Positions 23,701 to 32,449 of a DNA stretch of 64,000 nucleotides are shown piece after piece. Position 1 is the first letter of the stretch. The number at the start of each line of letters is the position of its first letter. The position numbers were made by a program, and so were the translations under genes. The stretch spans positions 42,840,632-42,904,631 of the forward strand of contig CP154954.1 in NCBI GenBank assembly GCA_039621445.1. The letters run 5' to 3'. This DNA is from Euglena gracilis (lineage: Eukaryota). The notes beneath the pieces were generated by a model, which made no database searches, had not been told where the DNA came from, and saw nothing but the letters and a program-made list of their open reading frames with translations.

Positions 23701-25060
23701 AACACAACAAAATGCATGGGTTTAGGGTCAAAATTCAGTAAAACATCTCTTTTGGACTTCTTTGGAGCTAGAGAACATTAAATACTCCCGTCTGAGCCTG
23801 AATGGGCTGAGCTGGCTCCAACTTTACTTCAGCGGACCGGGGATTGTATAGCCTTGATTGGCTGGCCCTCCCCGCAAGGTAAGAAAACCCCCCGAAGAAA
23901 GATTGAGGAAAATCCGCCAAGTCCAATGCAAATACAAAAAGAGGCAGCAAAAGCGTTTTCCATCGCAACTGCACATTTGGGGGGAAATTTGCATCACTTC
24001 TTCAATTCATTGTCATCCTTTCATTCACTGTCAACTGTAAATGTTGAATAGGCACGTGTGGGGTGCGCCTGGACAGTGGCACTTGGCGAGACGGTGGGAT
24101 AGAGCCAGGGTTGCAAGGTTTGTTGAATGCGCAGTCGGTTGGGAACAGGAGTTTCACAAACATGCTTTTTGCTGGTGGCCCGGGTTGGTTTTGTGTGTGC
24201 ATTTTGAGAATCAGGATACGAGTGCCAAGAACTGATTCTCTTTGCCAACGTCAGCACAAGCAATATGGACGAGGCCCTCATTTCTTCTACACAACCGAGG
24301 AGGTGCCGTCTGTTGTTTGGCGTTGTCTCCCTTCATCGAGAACCCAAGGGGAGGGTTCACTTCGGGCCTGACCAGGGTTTGAAATGAAGCACGGATCCCC
24401 CTACGGTGGCCCCCCCTCAACAGTGGCCGGGCAACAGTGGCACACCGCGCGCCGAGCCGAAACGTTTTGCCTCCCCCAAAACGATGTCAAAAAGGCTAAA
24501 AATTTAGCGGCGCTAAGAGGGTCCCGCCCCCCCCACCTCCCAAAGAGGTGGCAGGCAAAGAGATGGGAGGAGTTCTGGACCCTTCCCATGGTCAAGACAA
24601 CTCAGAGAATTCTCCTGTAGTATTTTATTGGGTCACGAATACCTTCATCAAGGACAGCTGACCCCCCATCGGGAGACTGCACCCCCCGCCAGGATATTGT
24701 TTACAATTTATCCACCCCCAATGAACAACCGCCTTACCAGGGTCCCTTTGACAATGTCAACCGGATGTCTGTGACAGCTCCCTCAACGCGCCAAACAACA
24801 TTCAAAGACACATCGAGGTTGTGTTAGAGCATTCTCGAAGCCATTCCTGCTCAAGCAGTTCGTTTCCGGGGTGGGCAGCTGGGGGGCGACGGCCCCCAGT
24901 GATTGCCGGCAATGATGGCCGGGAGCAGCGCCCGGGGTCCTGCGCAGCTCTGGGGCGGGGTCGGCCGCGTGACCGGACCGGACCACCAGGCACCGCTCCC
25001 AGAACGGTCTCCGGCGAGCCCCGGTCAGCCCGCCTGTCCAGGCTCGCTGGTTGAGGCCAT
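8621..25060 (-). CDS. Receptor-type class III adenylyl cyclase (TM, extracellular domain, TM, HAMP, cyclase), about 22 exons, roughly 750-800 aa; copy 1, complete at the 3' end
   Basis: Spliced exons reconstitute TVFFLDIENFT, IDKYIGDCVMAFWNAP, RMGLEAG..GIFGS..RMNYTVVGDVVNVASRLEGLNK and RRLDGVYLKGK, with two hydrophobic TM exons. Junctions stay in frame under the non-canonical intron rule. The 5'-most exon is uncertain. Confidence 0.9.
9452..9487 (-). CDS. Cyclase 36-nt mini-exon (TRRLDGVYLKGK)
   Basis: Supplies the conserved KGK motif in frame; the flanking intron ends are complementary to their partners. Confidence 0.8.
10688..10774 (-). CDS. Cyclase exon (SRLEGLNKERKTRILIGPQLHAAVERRV)
   Basis: SRLEGLNK..ILI motif; intron 10775-10976 reads GGCCAGGC...GCCTGCGGCC. 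Confidence 0.85.
10977..11082 (-). CDS. Cyclase exon (LSGRMGLEAGQVHAGIFGSRYRMNYTVVGDVVNV)
   Basis: Catalytic core motif YTVVGDxVNxA; this frame is missing from the ORF track. Confidence 0.92.
11959..12076 (-). CDS. Cyclase exon (DCVMAFWNAPSPVKDHEYHACRAALECADWMVHQQGGSL)
   Basis: Second metal-binding Asp and the MAFWNAP motif. Confidence 0.92.
12510..12595 (-). CDS. Cyclase exon (QLVESIGAFFEELSSIIVRRRGVIDKYIG)
   Basis: GxIDKYIG motif with the adenine-specifying Lys. Confidence 0.92.
13194..13263 (-). CDS. Cyclase exon (TAATVFFLDIENFTNLTESTDAA)
   Basis: First metal-binding Asp motif FxDIxxFT. Confidence 0.92.
13344..13948. mobile_element. Tc1/mariner-type (Stowaway-like) MITE in a cyclase intron
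   Basis: Perfect 22-bp TIR CCCCCCCCTATGTCCAACGACC with TA on both sides (13342-13343, 13949-13950). A related end occurs at ~2340-2406. Confidence 0.85.
14116..14191 (-). CDS. Cyclase exon (TRFLPVEVLQPCLKSGTPVGFSMVP)
   Basis: RF(L/V)P linker typical between HAMP and the cyclase domain; boundaries uncertain by 1-3 nt. Confidence 0.8.
14828..14951 (-). CDS. Cyclase HAMP exon (DMHRCVELD...VRELSLMMESFAKMRVMLDT)
   Basis: HAMP second-helix pattern ELxxLxxSFxxM; in-frame junctions on both sides. Confidence 0.85.
15274..15415 (-). CDS. Cyclase TM2 and HAMP-start exon (AAVDGPIRWSVALLVIISVTSLAAVALVAVLFTNKMIASPLRQVA)
   Basis: Hydrophobic stretch of about 23 aa followed by IxxPL; 5' boundary approximate. 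Confidence 0.85.
16218..16260 (-). CDS. Cyclase small exon (SRGDVTPYYLVLA)
   Basis: In-frame join via intron 16261-16697 (GCCCAGGGGT...ACCCCTGCCTTC); 3' boundary approximate. Confidence 0.65.
16698..16867 (-). CDS. Cyclase extracellular exon (THRAGQLVAAAGSDCAVVAQTYQAL...GSFLISWQRVV)
   Basis: Intron 16868-18537 has a perfect CAGGGGCCC/GGGCCCCTG stem; frame conserved in copy 2. Confidence 0.8.
18538..18654 (-). CDS. Cyclase extracellular exon (DWAALLHSAVQRFSGGAAGASTAYLVDDRGTLIAATCGA)
   Basis: AYLVDxxGxLIA resembles a Cache-domain motif; in-frame junctions. Confidence 0.85.
18727..18964. mobile_element. hAT-like MITE (238 bp) in a cyclase intron
   Basis: CAGGG...CCCTG termini; perfect 8-bp TSD GCTGTGTG at 18719-18726 and 18965-18972. 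Confidence 0.85.
19016..19118 (-). CDS. Cyclase extracellular exon (PRGAIPLTFTEVGQYRMTRVDGLPVIHFVWMQDV)
   Basis: GC3-rich codons; downstream intron stem CAGGGCCT/AGGCCCTG; 5' boundary approximate. Confidence 0.75.
19250..19377 (-). CDS. Cyclase extracellular exon (ATLETWDAPSDRGERYFNMTDGSAEWLEPWLWQEDRPDGSA)
   Basis: WxEPW resembles the Cache WxxPY motif; 3' boundary approximate. Confidence 0.8.
19516..19568 (-). CDS. Cyclase small exon (DNKYLPAPDHVDRYWNL)
   Basis: Preceded by CTGCGGCC and followed by GCCCAG; two of the three copy-2 differences are synonymous in this frame. Confidence 0.75.
20928..21025 (-). CDS. Cyclase extracellular exon (KTWSFCASRMDFAGRRDLFWEHFTNSTVMY)
   Basis: In-frame join via intron 21026-21480. 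The 3' boundary is unresolved and small exon(s) may lie at ~20170-20440. Confidence 0.75.
21481..21568 (-). CDS. Cyclase extracellular exon (KRVMLPWMAGVANRVGGMCTIFPREYVPG)
   Basis: Both flanking introns form terminal stems and preserve frame. Confidence 0.75.
22548..22606 (-). CDS. Cyclase exon (DAWLRHREGDLSGAVMEPD)
   Basis: 89-nt intron 22607-22695 reads GCCCAGGGG...CCCCTGCCCGG; synonymous GAA/GAG change in copy 2. Confidence 0.75.
22696..22828 (-). CDS. Cyclase exon (AVSAVKTQALGYDLLAEVSAQHFHVLALRVQAALDEADYWVNYM)
   Basis: Helical segment after TM1; intron 22829-23293 has the stem CGGGGGCC/GGCCCCCG. Confidence 0.85.
23294..23385 (-). CDS. Cyclase TM1 exon (RHRQRLPLIPVLLLTCLLAIFISVCSTSPV)
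   Basis: Basic residues followed by a hydrophobic helix; in-frame join to the next exon. Confidence 0.8.
24872..25060 (-). CDS. Putative 5'-most cyclase exon(s)
   Basis: GC-rich block with ACAATGGCC at 25060; CGGAAACGAAC after 24872 can pair with GTTTGTTCCTG before the TM1 exon. An in-frame TGA would require a further short intron. Confidence 0.35.
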
Positions 25061-26319
25061 TGTTGCTCCGCCCGCCAACAATCCTGGCGCGGAGGGACGG
25101 ATACTGCCGGCGAAAGCGTCACCCGGCCGGCGGGACCGAAGGAACCTCAAAAGGCAGCACAGGCCAAGCCCGCGTTGTCTGCCCACCCGGAAAACGCCCC
25201 AATTTCGCCCAATTTTTCCGATTTTGCCGCGAAAAAAATCCCGGGAAATTTGTGGCTCCCAGGGTGTTCCGGGATAATTCTGGGATTATTATACCCTGCC
25301 GATACCTTACGGTCAAAGTGGCCTCCAGGCAGTATGGAACCCCAAAATGGCCACTCTGGGGGAGGGGACACTTTGGGGGGGGGGTGAATTTTTGGGCTTC
25401 GGCGACTTCGGGCCAAAAGGTAATGGCCACTTTGGGGGGGGGGTAAACCAAATTGGCGAAAAACTTTTGGCCACTCTGGGGGGGGACACTTTGACGGGGG
25501 GGGGGGGGGGGGTGAGGGTATCTCGACAATGAAGCAAAATCAAAGAAAATGCCCGGAGAGCAAAAATGAAACCCTCGAAATGCCCTATCCAACCATGGTT
25601 TTCCTTTCCCCTAACTCTTTGCGTAGCCCGAGTTACGGCCATTTTCCGGCCCATTTTGGCCCGTTTCAGGGGCCATTTTGGACTGTTTTCGGGGTCAAAA
25701 AATTGATGTTTCCAAAATATCTCGAAAATGAAGCAACATAAAAGGAAATGTCCAGAGACCCGATTTGAAGCCCTTGGAACACCCTATCTAACGATCTAAC
25801 GGTACCATGCCCCCCCCCCCCCGAAAGTGTCCCATACCGGGCCCAACGGCAGGGTGGGTATGGGACCCCCCCCCGGGGGGGGGTACTGGCTAGCCAATCG
25901 GCTAGAAACTGGAAAAAGTGGACTAGCTAGACCCCCCTCCCCCCTGGGGGGGGGGGGTCCGGGGGTCCCCCAGACTGGAAATAAAATTTTCCTCCGGCGC
26001 ACAGCGCCGGAGGAAAAATGAGGTTTTTAACAGGTTTTGGGCTGAATTTTGTTCAAAAAATTCCCCAAAATGGCCAAAAACGGGCATTTTTGGCCATTTT
26101 TGGGTGTCCCAAAAAATTTTCGGCGCTTTGCGCCAGTCGCTGGAAAATTTTTTTCCACTAGCTGGCCCTGCTAGCAGACCCCCCCGGGGGGTTCTGGTAG
26201 AAACCCCACTAGCAAAATTTGGACTAGCTGCAGTCCACCCCCCCCCCCCGGGGGGGTACTGCAATCCCTTGAGCAAATGCCTGTATGGGACACTATCGGG
26301 GGGGGGACACTATCGGGGG

Positions 26320-26610
26320 CAGGGGTTTTTTTAAGAGCGGGGGGGGGGGGTCCCCCCCCACCCACCCACCCCCCAGAGGGGGGGCCCCCCCGGGGGGGGG
26401 GGAGGGGGGTCCGGGGGACCCACAAAAAATGGCCGAAAAATCGCGAAAAGTGCTAAAAATAGAATTTTTTCGGCGCCTGCGGCGCCGAAAAGTATATCCC
26501 ACCCCCCTCTGGGGGGACCTCACCGGGGGGGGGGAGGGGGTCCGGCGGACCCACCCACCCTTCCCCACCCCCTCCCCCCCCCCGGGGGCCCAAACTTAAA
26601 AAAATCCCTG
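26320..26610. mobile_element. hAT-like MITE (291 bp)
   Basis: TIR CAGGGGTTTTTTTAAG / CTTAAAAAAATCCCTG (15/16); perfect 8-bp TSD ATCGGGGG at 26312-26319 and 26611-26618; internal similarity to 18727-18964. Confidence 0.9.
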
Positions 26611-26909
26611 ATCGGGGGGGTCAATAAAATTCCTTTAGGACCGGCCGGCCGGGTTCCATGGTAGGGATATGGGACACTATCGGGGGGGGGGGGGCAGTAT
26701 CGGGGGGCAGGGTTGACGTTTTTTTGTTTTTTAAAAAAAAACACAAAAAACATGTTTTTTTATATAAAAAAACGCAAAAAAAACATATATTTTTTTGAAA
26801 AAGCAAAAATTGACCTTTTTCCTTGCGAAATGACCATTTTTTTGAAGGAAATTTTTCGCGGATTCCCCTGAACGTTTGGGTGCCCGAAAAAAGGTTAAGC
26901 AGTGAAGGT

Positions 26910-29497
26910 GGTTTACGGTTTTACGTAAACGTGCGAAAATAGAAGTTTACGGAAAACCGTGTACCTGAACTTGTTTACTGTCTGCCATAGACCTGTGCTG
27001 CACCCCTCTTGTTTGTGAATGGGGCCCAAACCTTGTCCCCAACCCCTGGAGCTGTGGTTGTGGCCATTTTGACCAAGCCCCCACCCCATATGTCCGATGC
27101 AGCGACTGAATATGTTCACGTGTTTCCGTAAACTTGCTATTTAAAATTATTTGCCGTTATCAATGCATCCCTTCCTGGTACAGCCCCTGCGTTCTGTGGG
27201 AACAGTGCTGGAACAAGGCACGCTTTGTCCATATCAGTGTGGTGTTGGTGCCAAGCTGTGGAGGTGTTCCCCACAAACACTGGCTGGGGTTGCTTGTGGA
27301 GCGGTGGTCCCCCCTCTCACCAGGTGCAGTTGCAACTGAATGAAATGATGTTCACGGTTTCCCGTAAAAATTAGCACAGGTTTGGAGAACAGAATTAACT
27401 CTGGGCAAAGGAACCATGTTGCTGTTGATGAGCCCAGTTGCCATAGACCGACCGGCTACAACCACCTCGACACACCTTGGGCTGGGTAACAGGTGCCCTC
27501 CATTCCCCCGACTTCCCCTGATGCCTCCCAAGAAAGCTCCCTCAAAAACACCCCAGGCTGAGCTTTTTAAAGGCTCACTGCAGGGGGTCGCACCTGCTTC
27601 CTCACCACTTGTTGGGACTCAGCAGCTCCATCCCGACATCGAGATACCCCCCATCTTTGGAATCCAATGTGGTTTCCCTTCAAACTCCCCCACTTACTGA
27701 AAATGTCCTGGAAAATTATTTATCCATTTGGGCATTCCATTTCAACATTACAGAGAACTGCCCTCAAAAACACATTTCGCTCTTCAATTTTGAAGAGCTC
27801 GGCAAAAGAGGCTGAGTTATGCTGAACGTAAAACTGTGGAGCTTAGAGTACGTTTTCAGAATTCCATCCGTTGTTGCTTGTTGCAACTGGGGGAAAAATT
27901 CACCGAAAAAGAAGAGGCAGCTGGAAATCATCAGAGCGAACACCACTCAGAGCAACCGCCTCTCAGGATTGTCACTGACAACCGTCAAAAAAAAATTGGC
28001 CGCTTTCAGCAGGTCAAAATATAGCCTTTTTTGCAGCATCCTTTGCCAATACATTTCGAAGGTTAGCAGGTCTTTTCATAGGGAGCTTCTTTTGATGACT
28101 GTCAAATGATCCTTGAACTCTCTCCTCTATCTTCAAATCACAGTCCACCGTGAGAGATTGGATGAGAGACACGAGAGACTTGCCTGAAAAAAGGTGAAAA
28201 AAATCCAACGACCACAACTTCCGTTGCCAGCTGTGCAAGATTACTTGAAGATCACTTGGGTGAGTGAGCACCAGCTGGTGGTTTGCCCCTCCAATTCTAC
28301 CCGAGGCAACAATGGAGACCATCTTTATCATTATAAATGCAAAAACACTGATATCGAGATGTTTACAGTTTCTCGGAAAATTTTCTTCAACTGAGCACTG
28401 TTTACGGTTTCACATAAAACCAATTTTGTGCGTTGTTTACGGTTATCTGCAAAGGAGGGAAACCTTTGCTTTTTCGGTCAAGCAGGCTGGTGGGGTGAGA
28501 TCCGATGACCTTCCCCCTCCCACTCCACAGGTCCTGAACGCTGCAGACGTTCTGGTTCTTATCAGGAGATGGGTTGCAGCAAATTAACATGGTGGCACCG
28601 AGCAGTGTGATTCACACAGGGGGTCGCGAGTCGGAACACTCTCGCCAAAAAAAACCACTCTCCTGACGGAATGTGTCCTTGCCCCTCGGGGAGACCCCCT
28701 ATCTGGCAGTTTAGGTGGACTCGGAATGTATGTTTCAAACCAGCTTGGGGCCCGGAAAGAAAAATATGGGGCATTCTGGCGGCTGCTGTTGACTCCGCTC
28801 CCGGGGGTTGAGTGGTGGAAACGACATAAACTCCTCCGGAGCACCCGCACAGCAACGGGATCCTCCCCTTCAGCTGTTGGAACTCTACCGCTCCTGTGTA
28901 ATGCCCTACCAGTCCAGGAGGCAAGGGGGGAGCACCGGGGGGTGTCCAGCTGCTTGGCAGCCATCAGGGGCACCAAGAACGAGAGCACCCCAACCCCTTG
29001 TTAACACGGCTTATTTGCACACTTCAAAAAAAATTACGCAGAACCGTAAACATCATTAACTTTACGGTTTCCTGTAAAACTTCATTTTGAAAGTTATACA
29101 CTCACAACCTGCCCAGGAGAAAGAAGGGGTTCCATTTTTGCAAAAGGGGCTCAAAAGGCCAAATCGGGAAAACTGTTTTTACTGGTTTTGCAGGCATTTA
29201 GCCAGGCAACCGCTGTTCAGGAATTATCAGGCCTTTTTGGGGACAAACACAAAATTTCGGACAGAGTCTCTGCTGGGGGGTGGCAGTCAATTTCAGCCGG
29301 CACCAACAAAAAGAAAATTTTCGGGGGAAAAAATGTGGACACAGGGGACTCGACACAAAAGGGCGAAAAATTCCTGATACAGCAAAAAGCCCAAAGTACC
29401 CAAAACGGGATCAAAAGGGTCGTTTTTATCGAGGTGGAAACCAACCCAAAAACTTTCTGGGAAATTTTTGGAGTAAAAGTTTACGGGAAGCCGTGAC
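26910..29497. mobile_element. Degenerate DNA-transposon-like region with repeated GTTTACGG/CCGTAAAC motifs
   Basis: The motif recurs at ~26911, 26946, 27125, 27350, 28400, 28435, 29044, 29060 and 29480. A stop-containing minus-strand segment near 27940-28130 weakly resembles a hAT dimerisation domain. Confidence 0.35.
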
Positions 29498-29758
29498 CTT
29501 TTAAGTGAAAAAACGACAAAAAAAAGTGGGCAGACAACGCGAGCTAGGATAGGGGGCTGCAAGCGCAAGGTCCGGAAAAAAACAGAAGCTTGCCCCTACC
29601 AGCCTGAGGTTCATTGAACTTTGGTGACTGTGAAAGCACTCAAATTTATTTCTCTCTGCAGCATGACTGTGAATATGACTCTGGATGGCAGCTAGCACCT
29701 TTTTTTTCCAGCCAAACCCCCCCCTTAGGGGGGTCCGAAAAAAAAACTCCCTGTCCGT

Positions 29759-29870
29759 GGCCCTCCACTGGAACGTGGCTGGGCCGTGCGCCAGCGCCCC
29801 GTTGCAGGCCACCGCCCTCGCCCTGGAGCTCGCCTGTGCCGCCCAGATCCTGCCCCCCGAGGCCCAGGTC
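29759..29870. CDS. Isolated exon-like GC-rich segment, strand unresolved
   Basis: Plus strand reads ALHWNVAGPCASAPLQATALALELACAAQILPPE; the minus strand is also open. Flanked by CTG-N5 and N3-CAG intron-like ends. Confidence 0.35.
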
Positions 29871-30003
29871 GACCTTCGACCGGGGCCTTGCTAAATGGTA
29901 TCAACAAACGTACAACCCTCAAGACGAGTATAATGGTGGCATTGAGAGGGTTGAAGGGTGTTGTAAACAGGGCGTTAAAGACCCCCCGCCCCTGGGGTGC
30001 AGC

Positions 30004-30390
30004 CAGGGTTTGATATAAGGACAGGTGGGGGGGTGGTCCGGACCCCCCCCCCCTGTGGGCCAGGAGTGGGAGGGGTGGGGGGGGACACCCCCCCACCTAA
30101 ACAGTGGCGCGGTCTGGGTGACCGAAATTTTTTGACCCCCCAAAACGACCATAAGTGCCATTTTGGGCACTTTTTGGGCAAAAATTTGCCAAAAATGCAA
30201 AAAAAAATTCGGCACAAAGCGCCGGAAGAAAAAATTGACCCTTTTTGGGGGTACCCCCCCAGGGGGTACCCCCCCAGAGTTGGTCCGGACCCCCCTGGCA
30301 GGTGGGGGTGGTCCGGACCCCCTGTGGGCCAGGGGGGGGGGGGGACACCCCCCACCTAAACCATGTACGCCCTCCTTATATCAAACCCTG
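30004..30390. mobile_element. hAT-like MITE (387 bp)
   Basis: Perfect 17-bp TIR CAGGGTTTGATATAAGG; 8-bp TSD GGTGCAGC / GGTGCAGG (7/8). Confidence 0.88.
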
Positions 30391-30837
30391 GGTGCAGGTC
30401 AGAAAGGCTGGCTAGCTGGCTGGAAAAAGGCTGCTGACTTACCCCCCCCCCTTCTCCATGGGGTCCCTGGCCGTAACTGGGCCTGACGGGGGGTCAAACC
30501 AAATCAAAACTGCAAAAATGCCAAAAAATAATAATGCCAATTATGCAAAAAAAAAATTCCGACCCCCTTTTTTGCCCAGTTTAGGTCCTTTTTACACATC
30601 CGACAGGGTTACCGCACGGCCGCCTTTGGGCAGCCGGAAAAAAAATAAATAAACTTGTGTGGGGCTGGAAAAACGCTTCTGGCTGGACCAAATTCTCTTT
30701 CGCAACGCCCACACACCCACAGAATGCATTTCTAACTTCAATGTCCTTTTTGATCAGAATAATTTCATGACAGTGAAGGACGATCGTGAGTTGGATGTCC
30801 TTTGGATTTGGCCTTGGTGCTGGATGGTTGTGTCCTA

Positions 30838-31253
30838 GTAAACCCCCAAAAATAAGACCCAGGACTTATTTTTGGGTCCGTGGCTTCCGGGGGGGGTCTT
30901 ATTTTGGGGGGGTCTTATTTTGGATTTTTTCTTGACCGACCCGGGCCAGAAAAGCACCATTTTTCAGGTTCCCTAGACTGCTAAAATCTTTCCTTCGGCG
31001 CTTCGCACCATGTGTAAATTGGTGTAATTTGACATTTAAGATGTATTTTGCACTTCAAGAATCTGAAATTTTTTGAAATTTCATCATTTTTGTGTTTGAA
31101 ATTGGGGTTTTTGGTAATTTTCAGAGAAAAATTTCACCGTCTTCGCACCGTCAAGGGGGGTCTTATTTATGGGGGGGTCTTATTTCTGGATTTTTGCTCG
31201 ATCGGCCCAGGGGGGGTCTTATTTGGGGGGGGGTATTATTTTGGGGGGGTTAC
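30838..31253. mobile_element. MITE with GTAA(A)CCCCC..AAATAA.ACC terminal inverted repeats
   Basis: Left end GTAAACCCCCAAAAATAAGACC matches the reverse complement of right end GGTATTATTTTGGGGGGGTTAC; internal GGGGTCTTATTT repeats. A related fragment starts at ~31508. Confidence 0.65.
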
Positions 31254-31254
31254 T

Positions 31255-31881
31255 CCAGACCGCCATTTAGTGCATATCACAACGTATCTGTGATACATTA
31301 ATTTTATTTTGGTGATACATATGTGATACATTAAAAAATTTTGGGTGATACATATGTGATACATTAAAAAAAATTTGGTGATACATATGTGATACACAAA
31401 TTTTTGTCTTTTTTGTCAGCAACTTCTCAGCCGCTCCTTCCAAAGGGAACCTTCAAAACGCGGAAGACAGGATTCCGAGACAACAATTCCTCAAACCATT
31501 GGCAAGAGTAAACCCCCCCAAACGGGGGGGGGGGGGGTCTTATTTGGGGAGGGGTGTTATTTCCCAAAAATCTTCGAAATTTTTCGAAGCCACGTAAGTC
31601 CCAAAATAGCACCCAAAACCCCCTTTTGGGTCATTTTTTGTGCTTTCTCATAAAATTTAGCATTTTTGGAGGCCAGATGATCAAGAAAAAAAATAGAAAT
31701 TTTTCGTAATGTAATGTAATTTGATGTAAAAAAGGAAATTTTAATGAAAAAATTTGGTGATACATATGTGATACATTAAAAATTTTTTGGTGATACATAT
31801 GTGATACATTAATTTTTAGGCTGTGATACATGTGATACGTAAAAAAAATTTTTGGTGATACATACTAAATGGAGGTCTGGG
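31255..31881. mobile_element. TIR element with internal GTGATACATATGTGATACATTAA repeats
   Basis: TIR CCAGACCGCCATTTAGTGCATATCAC versus reverse complement CCAGACCTCCATTTAGTATGTATCAC (22/26); subterminal repeat arrays at both ends. Confidence 0.7.
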
Positions 31882-32205
31882 TTACTCTCTCCTGGGAATG
31901 GTTCAGAGTGACGATCATGCTGAACTTAATGTATCTGATGATATATATCCTTTACAATCAGGGTTGGTGAGTGGGTGGGTGGTGGGCGGGCGGATGGGTG
32001 CGTTCGTGCGTGCACGCATGCATGCATGCGTGCATTGCTGCCAGCATTTCGTCCAAAACAAGTGCGGCAAGCTGCAACGAGGATTTGGTAGGAACCACCT
32101 TTTCTTTTGGACATGCTCCTATGCGGCTTCCGGGAAGCGATTGAAATGGTCCCCGACACACTTTGGGGGCCGTCCCCCATCCCGGCAGGAGAGGCAGCGC
32201 TGGAC

Positions 32206-32449
32206 GGTGACCGGGGCTCGGGCGAGGCGGGGCGGAGAGGGTGAGCTGCTCGCCGAAGCCCGGCGGGGGGTCATTGGGCCCGACAGCCTGCAGGGTGATG
32301 GCGTGGGCGGAGGCGGCGGAGGCAGGGCGGCCCCAGGAAGGCCGGGGGGGGGGGGGTCGACCCCCCACCCACCACCCATGTGGGGTTGCAGGGAGTCCCG
32401 TCCAGCCCTGGGTGAAGGAGGAGCGCAGCGTGGGGGAGAACCACGGCAT
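32206..32449 (-). CDS. First two exons of an unknown gene (MPWFSPTLRSSF / AASAHAITLQAVGPNDPPPGFGEQLTL...)
   Basis: ATG at 32449 follows a pyrimidine tract plus AG (possible trans-splice acceptor). The 96-nt intron 32318-32413 (ACCCAGGGC...GCCCTGCCTCC) preserves frame. Downstream exons not resolved. Confidence 0.5.

Noticed and set aside
31290-31400. Regularly spaced repeats that could suggest a CRISPR array
   Set aside because: Spacers are short, near-identical A/T runs, there are no cas genes, the context is eukaryotic and the repeats lie inside a TIR element.
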